Source of the DNA: Chrysemys picta bellii
Lineage: Eukaryota
DNA length: 64,000 bases
Assembly (NCBI RefSeq): GCF_011386835.1
Contig: NC_088807.1
Span: 18,910,001 to 18,974,000 of the forward strand
Direction: 5' to 3'
Part shown: piece after piece, positions 56,761-64,000 of the stretch
Position numbering within the stretch: the first letter of the stretch is position 1
Layout: every line of letters begins with the position of its first letter
The notes under the pieces: model-generated
The model's database searches: none
What the model saw: the letters and a program-made list of their open reading frames with translations, nothing else
Told to the model about the DNA's origin: nothing
Program-made: the position numbers and the translations under genes

Positions 56761-57887
56761 GGCCCCGCAGCTTGGTGACCCTTGACCCAGTGCCGTGACC
56801 CCTTAACCCGCCGTGACCCCTTGACCCCCACATGACCCCCTGCCACATCCCCGTGACTGGCCGTGTCGTGGCGGGCGCCCTGGCCCCGTACCCGGCTCCT
56901 CGCCCGGGCCTGGACGCCCAGGCTGCACGGCCAGATGGGCCCCTTGTGATCTTCTCGTCTGACCCCGCCTGGCACCGGTGCCTGAGACCCCCCTCAACAC
57001 CATCCCAGAGCGATCGGAAAACACCCCGCCCGGATGTTCAACAGTCCCAGGGCTGGAGACTCCACCGTGACCCGTGCCAGTTTGTGCCAAGGGTTAATTA
57101 CCTCTAAAAACATACGGCTGGTTTCCAGTCGGAATGGGTCGAGCTTTACTTTCCAGACGTTGGATCGTGGGAGACCTTTCTCTGCTAGATTGAAGAACCC
57201 ATTGTTCCACGTTTAGTCGCCGTGTAGGTACTTACAGACTGGGATCAAGTCACCCCGGGACCTTCTCTTTGTTAAGTTAAATAGATTGAGCTCCTTAAGT
57301 CTGTCACTTTTAGGCAAGTTTTCTAATCCTTTAATCATTCTCGTGGCTCTTCTCTGAACCCTCAACATCCTTCCTGAATGGCACCAGAACTGGACACAGG
57401 ATTCCAGCAGCGCCAAACACAGAGGAAAAAGAACCTCTCTGCTCCTACTCAAGATTCCCCATTGATGCATCGCATTAGCTCTTTCGGCTACAGTGTCACA
57501 CTGGGAGCTCATCTTCAGCTGATTGGCCACCACGACCCCCAAATCTTTCTCGGAGCCACTCCTTCCCAAGATAGAGTCCCCATCTGCATGTCAACATTCT
57601 GTGTTCCTGGGCGGATACATTTACATTTAGCTGTATTAAAATGAAATTGCTTGTGCCCAGATTATCAAGCACTCTAGATCGCTTTGTAGCAGTGACGTGT
57701 GCTCGTTATTTACCACTCCACAATCTTTGTGTCATGTGCAAACGTGATCAATGCCGACTTTATATTTTCTTCCCAAGTCATTGATAAAAACATTAAATAG
57801 CTTATGTCCAAGAACCGCTCGCTGCAGGATCCCACTGAAAGCACAGCTGCTTGATGACGATTCCGCATCTACATTTACATTCTAAGA

Positions 57888-58504
57888 CAGGGGTCGGCAA
57901 CCTACGGCACACGTGCCAAAGCTGGCACGCAAACCGATTTTTCCTGGCACGCGGCGTGGGCTGAGCCGCTCAGCCCACCCCGTTCTGGAGTTCCCGCTGC
58001 CGGCTCCTGCCAGCCGGGGTCCCCGCAGGTCCCACTCAGCACCCACTGCCGGCCTGGGTTAAGGAACCCCAGGCTGGCCGCGGGCAGGAGCTGGGGGCAG
58101 AAACCCCAGAGTGGCGGCAGGCCAAGCCAGTCGCTGCTCTGGGGTTCTGGCTGCTGGCCCCTCACCAGCAGGGGTCTCTACCGCGCAGCTCCACTCACCT
58201 TGCTTCCGGTTGGAGGCTCTCTTGCAGACAGGGTCCAGGCCTCCAGCCCTGCTCAGGCCTACCAGCCACCTACTCCACTCACCTCAGCTGCCAATCTTGG
58301 TTTCCAGCCCTTGCTTATCCTGCTTTCGGGCCTGGAGTCCCAGCAGGTCACCCATTACATGTAACAGTAGTTTGGTTATATATTATAGACTTATAGAGAG
58401 ACCTTCTAAAAAACGTTAAAATGTATTACCGGCACACAAAGCCTTAAATTAGAGTGTATAAATGAAGATTCGGCACACCACTGCTGAAAGTTTGCCGACC
58501 CCTG
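57888..58504. mobile_element. hAT MITE (617 bp) inserted in the CR1
   Basis: TIRs CAGGGGTCGGCAA / TTGCCGACCCCTG; perfect 8-bp TSD TTCTAAGA (57880-57887, 58505-58512). Confidence 0.92.
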
Positions 58505-58573
58505 TTCTAAGACCTATCAGTTAGCCAGTTTTTAATCCATTGAATGTGGGCAATGTTCATATTCTATCGTTCT

Positions 58574-58697
58574 TAGGGTGACCAGACAGCAAGTGTGAAA
58601 AATTGGGACGGGGGTGGGGGAGTAATAGGAGCCTATATAAGAAAAAGACCCAAAAATCAGGACTGTCCCTATAAAATCGGGACATCTGGTCACCCTA
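58574..58697. mobile_element. Small hAT MITE (124 bp) inserted in the CR1
   Basis: TIRs TAGGGTGACCAGA / TCTGGTCACCCTA; perfect 8-bp TSD ATCGTTCT (58566-58573, 58698-58705). Confidence 0.92.
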
Positions 58698-60959
58698 ATC
58701 GTTCTAGTTCTGTCATCAAAATGTTACGCGGTACCAAGTCAAACACCTTCTAAGAAGTCTAAGTATATTGCGTCAATGCTACTACCTTCATGAACCAAAC
58801 TTGTAATAACGATATCAAGTTAGTTTGACAGGATCTATTTTCCATAAGCCCTTGTTGATTGGCATTAATTACATTACTCTCCTTTAATTCTTTATTAATT
58901 GACCTATATCAGCTACTGGATCGACATCAGGATGACAGGTCTATAATTACTCAGGTCATCTCTTTTACACTTTTTACATATTGGCCCAACATTAGCTTTA
59001 TTTCAGTCTTCTGGAACTTCCCCCGTGCGCCACAACTTATTGAAAAACATTAACGGGTTAGAGAGCTCCTCGGCCAGTTCTTTTAAAACTCGTGGATGCA
59101 AGTTATCTGGACCTGGTGCTTTTAAAATGTCTAACTTTAGTAGCTTCTGTTTAACATCCTCCAGAGATGGAATGGCAAGAGTGTTCTCATCACCATACGA
59201 TGAGACGATATCATCTGTTTTTTCTCCCAAACCAGAACAGACCGTACTTCTGCCTTCTCTGCATTTCAACAGAACCTAGCAGCTGAAGCGTGGCGTCCAT
59301 TTAATAAGCAAAGCCAAGAACTTAAAAAGCCCTCTTGCTCCTTCCTAAATAGGTGTATCACCATTCATTTTAACAATCCAGTCGTGCAAATCATCCCGCC
59401 AGGTTTCAGTGATACCAACTAGATTGCATTTATGCTCACAAATGAGCAATTTCACTTCTTCCTCTTTGTTCCCCCAGGCTGCCAGCATTGGTACACAGGC
59501 AATTCAAGAATTTCTTCTCTTCGTGCCCTTCGGTTCCTTCATTAATTTGCTTCTCAGCATCTCAATTTTGTGCGGCGTGTTAGTTTCTTCCCTCTTTCTG
59601 CCTGCTCCTTATGCTAAGGCCTAGGGATGTGCTGGCCGCCCTTTCCTGCAGCCCCCATTGGCCAAACCTGTGGATGCGGGAGGTAAACAAACCGGCCTGG
59701 CCCACCAGGGGCTTTCCCTGAACAAGCAGCGGCCCTAGTTTGAGAACCACAGGTTAACACACACACCAGCTACTCTAGCCAGCTTGTTCATAAGGAGATT
59801 GGTGCCCCTTTTCCTGAGGTGGAGACCATGCAACCCGTACATCCCCCTCTTCACACAGAAAGTGGCCCAATGTTCAACCAGTCCCTGCTCACCTCGCCAG
59901 TGGTTCACTTCCACACTCTCCAGCCTTCTGTTTCCCTTTGCTTGTGGGACGGGAACGATCTCGGATAAGATTGCTTGGCTATTCTTCTGCTTCGACACGC
60001 TCCCGCAGTCCCTGAAGTCCTCCGCTGCCTGCGAGGCATCTCACTAAAGCAGCATCCATCTCTAGGAACCATCACCAATGCATCCATGCCTGATGGCCTC
60101 TTGACCCTGTCAGATGACTCTTTGGCCCGGTCCGATGCCCCTTAACCCGATGCGATGATCGCTTGACCCGATGAGATGATCCATTTGACCCATCCGTGCA
60201 TCGGGTTCATGTGTGATGACCTCCAGCCCCCCAACAGCAGTGCGACACCCCCCCCCCCCCCCACCAGGCCAAAGACAGGGGCAAAACAGGCAACACAGGA
60301 AATGACTGCAAAAGCCCCCCAAACACACACTAGGGTTACATCCACTGGTTTGTTATTATAGGGTATCTCATGAACAATGGGGATGTATATGCTGCTTTGT
60401 TGTTGTAGGGTCTCTCATGAGTGGTGGGACTGTGTATTGATTTGTTATTGTAGGGTCTCTTGGGAGAAATGGAGGCTGAGTCCTAGTTTTTTATTGTAGG
60501 GTCTTTCTGGGGTAATGGGGCTGCCACCATCACTGTTATTGTAGGGTCTCTCTGGCCCATACTGACTGCAGGGCATGGTGGAGGAGTGCCCATCCTATGG
60601 AGCTGGGGGCAGGCCTCAACTCAGTGCAGGTCTCCAATGAACTGGACCATGGTCCATTCCAGCAAGGCCCCCAGGACAGGGCAGGGCCCCAGGGTAGACA
60701 CCCTGAGAGGGGCTGGGCCCCAAACCTCACAGGCAGCAGCCCCCAGAACCCAATGGCAGCATGAGCCTCTGTCCCCACAGCTACCTCCCACCCTGGGGGA
60801 CCCGCCGCTAGGGGGCAGAGCAGGGCTCCGGCTCCGAGGCCCATCCCACGAGGAATTGGGCTGAGACCCAGTGAACCCATTTCAGGCAGGGGCCACACAA
60901 CAGCTGGAAACCACAGCTAGCCACGGAGGGGAAAGGCTCCGTGTGCCCCATTCCCCATG

Positions 60960-61260
60960 CCCGAGCCAGCCTGTCTCTGCCCTGGGGCCAGATGGGAGCC
61001 AGCGCCCCCTAGAGGGGGAAGGCCCCATTCCCCATCCCTGAGCCAGCCAGTCTCTGCCCTGGGGCCAGATGGGGGCCAGATGGGAGCCAGTGCCCCCTAG
61101 AGGGGGAAGGCCCCATTCCCCATCCCCGAGCCAGCCAGTCTCTGCCCTGGGGCCAGATGGGAGCCAGTGCCCCCTAGAGGGGAAAGGCCCCAGACCCCAT
61201 TCCCTGCCCCCCCTGAACCAGCCAGACCCCCCCTGGGGCCAGATGGGAGCCAGTGCCCTG
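60960..61260. repeat. Tandem copies of the dispersed CTGGGGCCAGATGGGAGCCAGTGCCCCCTAGAGGGG element
   Basis: About 4 units; single copies at ~2490, 21440, 24950, 36420, 46450. Confidence 0.8.
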
Positions 61261-62124
61261 TGCCTTATTACCTGCCCCCTGGCCACACGAGTTCTGGGTC
61301 ATCTGTGACCCACCCTAAAGATGGAATCCCCCTGCCCCCCAGCGCCTGTTCTGAGTTGGGCAGGGCCCCAGCCCTGACAGCGTGTGTGTGTGTGTGTGTT
61401 GGGGGAGTGTGCCCAGCTCTATCACTGCCAGCCTCAGGGAAGGGACCTTGGCGGGAGGGGGATGGGCAGCCGGAACCCACCCACCCCCAGAAAGCAAGGC
61501 TCACCCCCTCCAGCAGGTGGCAGGACCCTCCCCCCAAGAGAGGACTGTCCGGGAGCGAAGCGCTGACACCATGACTTCAAGGATGCTGGGTTACTGGAGT
61601 AACTGGGTTTATTTCTCCTAGTACAAAAGCCAGCCAGTGCGGGAGCAGAGACGAGGCAAACAGCAGGGCCAGGGGCAGAGGGTCAAGCCGCCTTTGGGGC
61701 AGCCCCATACAAGCCATCACAGCATCAACCTTACGCTAACCCCCTGCCCACAAAGGCCCCTGTCCCTCCCCCATCCCCCTGCACCCACAGTGACAGCAGC
61801 TTGGAGCCAGTGCCCCCACCCCTGCCACAGGTACGGTCACTGCTGAAGAAGCCGGGTTTCCATGGCACAGGCTCTGGTAGGGGGTTGCCCTTGCTACTAC
61901 CAGTAGTAGGCGCTGGTCCCTATGGTGCAGTCCCCAGTTGCTCCCCCCGGAGGCACTGTCACTGCTAGAAAAGCCAGGTCTCCATGGCACAGTCCCTGAT
62001 TGGGGGTTGCCTTGCTGCTAACAGTAGTAGGCGCAGGTCCCTCTGGTGCAGCCCCCGGTGCCTCCCCTAGGGGGCGCTCTCACTGCCCTGAGTAGCACCA
62101 TCCCTGTGGCACCGTCCCCAGTCC

Positions 62125-64000
62125 TCAGTGCCTGGCCACGTGCACCTGCACCACATCCAGCAGACCCTGCGCCAGCCGCAGCACCTCCTGCTCCTCTCCG
62201 GCCGGAAAGGCCTCGTTGGGGATGGTGGGCGGGGGGTGGTAGCTGGGATACTGCGTGGTCTTGTCGTCCACGCCATGCCGGCGCAGTTCAGCCACTTGTG
62301 CCGGCAGCCCCTCCAGCCCGGGGTCGTAGGCTGCCACCTTCTGCGCCAGCGAGGCCAGCGTCTGCTCCCGCTCAAAGCGCTCCCCCCGATGGTACACGGC
62401 AGCCGCCAGGGCCTTCTCCACGGCACGGTGGACCTTGTAGAAGACCCAGTTGGTGCAGCGCTGCCCCACGTCGTGGCCAGCCGCCCGCAGGTCGCTCTGG
62501 GCCTGCCGGAGCCAGCGCCCGGCCTCCTTGGCCTGGGGACGCCGGCCGGCCTGGGCCCGGTGGTACGACCAGAAATCGTAATGGAAACCATGGGCCTTTT
62601 GGCCGGTGAACTCCCTGCGGCTCTGCCTGTGGTGCCTGGCCTCCCCATCCCATTTGTCCCACGAGGCTGAGAAGCCCCCGTGGCTACTGGGATGGTGCCT
62701 GCCACCCGAGGCCTGGGGGCTGCGGGGATTGCCCGCTGCCCGGGGCTTCCTGCCCTCCTCCAGCTCCTGGAGCCTCTCCCGCAGGTACTTGCAGACCTCG
62801 TTGGCCATTTCCTCCTGCCCCATGTTCTTGTCGGGGTGATAGCGAAGGTAGAGCCGCCGGATCGCCTTCTGCCGCTCGCCCTCGGGCAGCTCCCAGATCT
62901 GGGCCAGGCAGGTGTCCACCTCCTCCTTCACCTGCCCCAGCGACTGGCGGTACCACGCTTCCCGCCTCTCCTGCTGCCGCTGCTGGTCCGGCACCAGCAC
63001 CAGTGCCCGACCACGGCCATCCACCTGGATCCTCTTGAACTGATACAGGTCGTTGGCGCTCACCTCCTCCTGGCGCCCAGCTCCCAGGTCGATGCGGTAC
63101 ATGGGCACCGCGCCATCCGGCAGGACTTCCAGCACCACGGCGTACTGGTAGCGCTCCTTGGGTGCCGCCGGGTCCAGGTAACCCACGTAGTCACCCGGGG
63201 CGAAGGTGTTGAGGATGCTCATGTCCAGGCTGTCGTACCACTCCTGGGTGATCTCCGTACCAGGGCTGGGCAGGGTGTAGGCGTCGGTGTAGGCGCTGGG
63301 TTGCAAGGGCACCCCGTGCCTCTCCAGCACGCTGAGCACTTGGCCGGGGTCCGTGCTGGCCAACATCTGCATGAGGATTGACATGGATTTCCAACGCAAC
63401 ATCCCTCCCATAATACTGGCCACCTCCTGGGTCAAGCTGCTCAGAATCTGGACTGACTGGCCCAGATCCACCATCCTCTCCTGGTGCAGCAGGTAGACCC
63501 GGCGCCTCCCATCGGCATGCAGGACCACATGGACAACCTGGGAGACTTGGCTCCCCTCCAGCCGCTTCCCGCGGTGCATCATCGTCGTCTGGATCTTCTC
63601 ACAGCACACCACCTCCAGCCGCTCGGCAGAGAAAGCCACCTCCCGCTCCCTCCTGGCTGTCTCCGCCTCTTCTTCCTCGTCCCGTCTCTGCCACCTCAGC
63701 AGCGCCGCCAAGCCCTCCCGGAATTCGGGAGACACAAGGATGCCGTGGAGCTGGTTCTGTCTCTCGCAGAACTCACCGTAAGGGCACAGCTCTAGAGAGT
63801 CCTCCTCCAGCTGCAGCTCTGTGATCTCTGACAGGAGCTGGGGCCTCAGGGGCTGGGGCAGCTGCCGCACCAGCTCCCAGGGGTTGTAATCTGGAAAGGG
63901 CAGGTGGCATCTGGAGAGGTCCACCAGGAAACGGAAGGTGCTCCCCAAGGCTTGGCTAACATCGGCAGGGGCACAGTCACTGAAGACCAGGGTATTGGAG
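62125..64000 (-). CDS. Sacsin-like protein, C-terminal part of a large exon (J domain + HEPN domain); frame is open to the window end
   Basis: J domain RQKAIRRLYLRYHPDKN with intact HPD. HEPN EAGRWLRQAQSDLRAAGHD..LAQKVAAY..GVDDKTTQYP..IPNEAF aligns with recalled SACS (EARRWLRQARANFSAARND..LAQKIEEY..GVDSLKTRYP..IPNDRF) but is clearly divergent. AATAAA on minus at 61608-61613. Confidence 0.85.
   Translation of the reverse strand, partial: SNTLVFSDCAPADVSQALGSTFRFLVDLSRCHLPFPDYNPWELVRQLPQPLRPQLLSEITELQLEEDSLELCPYGEFCERQNQLHGILVSPEFREGLAALLRWQRRDEEEEAETARREREVAFSAERLEVVCCEKIQTTMMHRGKRLEGSQVSQVVHVVLHADGRRRVYLLHQERMVDLGQSVQILSSLTQEVASIMGGMLRWKSMSILMQMLASTDPGQVLSVLERHGVPLQPSAYTDAYTLPSPGTEITQEWYDSLDMSILNTFAPGDYVGYLDPAAPKERYQYAVVLEVLPDGAVPMYRIDLGAGRQEEVSANDLYQFKRIQVDGRGRALVLVPDQQRQQERREAWYRQSLGQVKEEVDTCLAQIWELPEGERQKAIRRLYLRYHPDKNMGQEEMANEVCKYLRERLQELEEGRKPRAAGNPRSPQASGGRHHPSSHGGFSASWDKWDGEARHHRQSRREFTGQKAHGFHYDFWSYHRAQAGRRPQAKEAGRWLRQAQSDLRAAGHDVGQRCTNWVFYKVHRAVEKALAAAVYHRGERFEREQTLASLAQKVAAYDPGLEGLPAQVAELRRHGVDDKTTQYPSYHPPPTIPNEAFPAGEEQEVLRLAQGLLDVVQVHVARH

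Larger units (their letters stand above)
56925..60100 (-). mobile_element. Degenerate, internally deleted CR1 LINE
   Basis: ORF2 remnants (EKDLGVVV..LKMSSQCD..VQRRATRMIKGLE at 57213-57569; KAPGPDNLHPRVLKELAEEL at 59003-59269), ORF1 esterase-like remnant (HWATF..GLHL..GTNLL at 59735-59998), CR1-type 3' tail near 56925-56970. Confidence 0.85.

Noticed and set aside
62125-62520. HEPN as a toxin/defence RNase
   Set aside because: It is the sacsin-type HEPN next to a J domain, with no clear catalytic motif and no antitoxin partner.

Overview
GC-rich vertebrate genomic DNA, most likely a turtle microchromosome (inferred from the repeat content), with four N gaps (531-660, 1356-1491, 6603-6612, 7530-7734). 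Gene order: (1) the 5' part of a non-muscle myosin II heavy chain, best called MYH14 (minus; motor-domain exons 11706->105, candidate exon 1 and promoter near 18.1-18.7 kb). (2) A cluster of three IZUMO-family sperm-membrane genes rebuilt exon by exon: IZUMO2 (plus, 20115-23343), IZUMO3 (minus, 30447-23786) and a third, divergent Ig-less paralogue I cannot assign to IZUMO1-4 (plus, 32281-~36.9 kb). (3) EPN1 (minus, complete CDS 50980->38630, CpG-island promoter ~56.6 kb). (4) The 3' end of a divergent sacsin-like gene with J and HEPN domains (minus, runs off the window). A young 4.1-kb Gmr1-like Gypsy element with an intact Gag-protease ORF but no RT sits in sense orientation in IZUMO3 intron 3. 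The divergent promoter between IZUMO3 and the third paralogue holds 12 TGATGTCA/TGACATCA CRE-like motifs, many as GGAAGTGATGTCA. MYH14 appears to carry two loop-1 micro-exons. The rest is CR1, hAT MITEs, tRNA-derived SINE-head arrays and many GC-rich VNTRs. All homology calls come from recalled protein sequences and splice-site reading; no database search was run.
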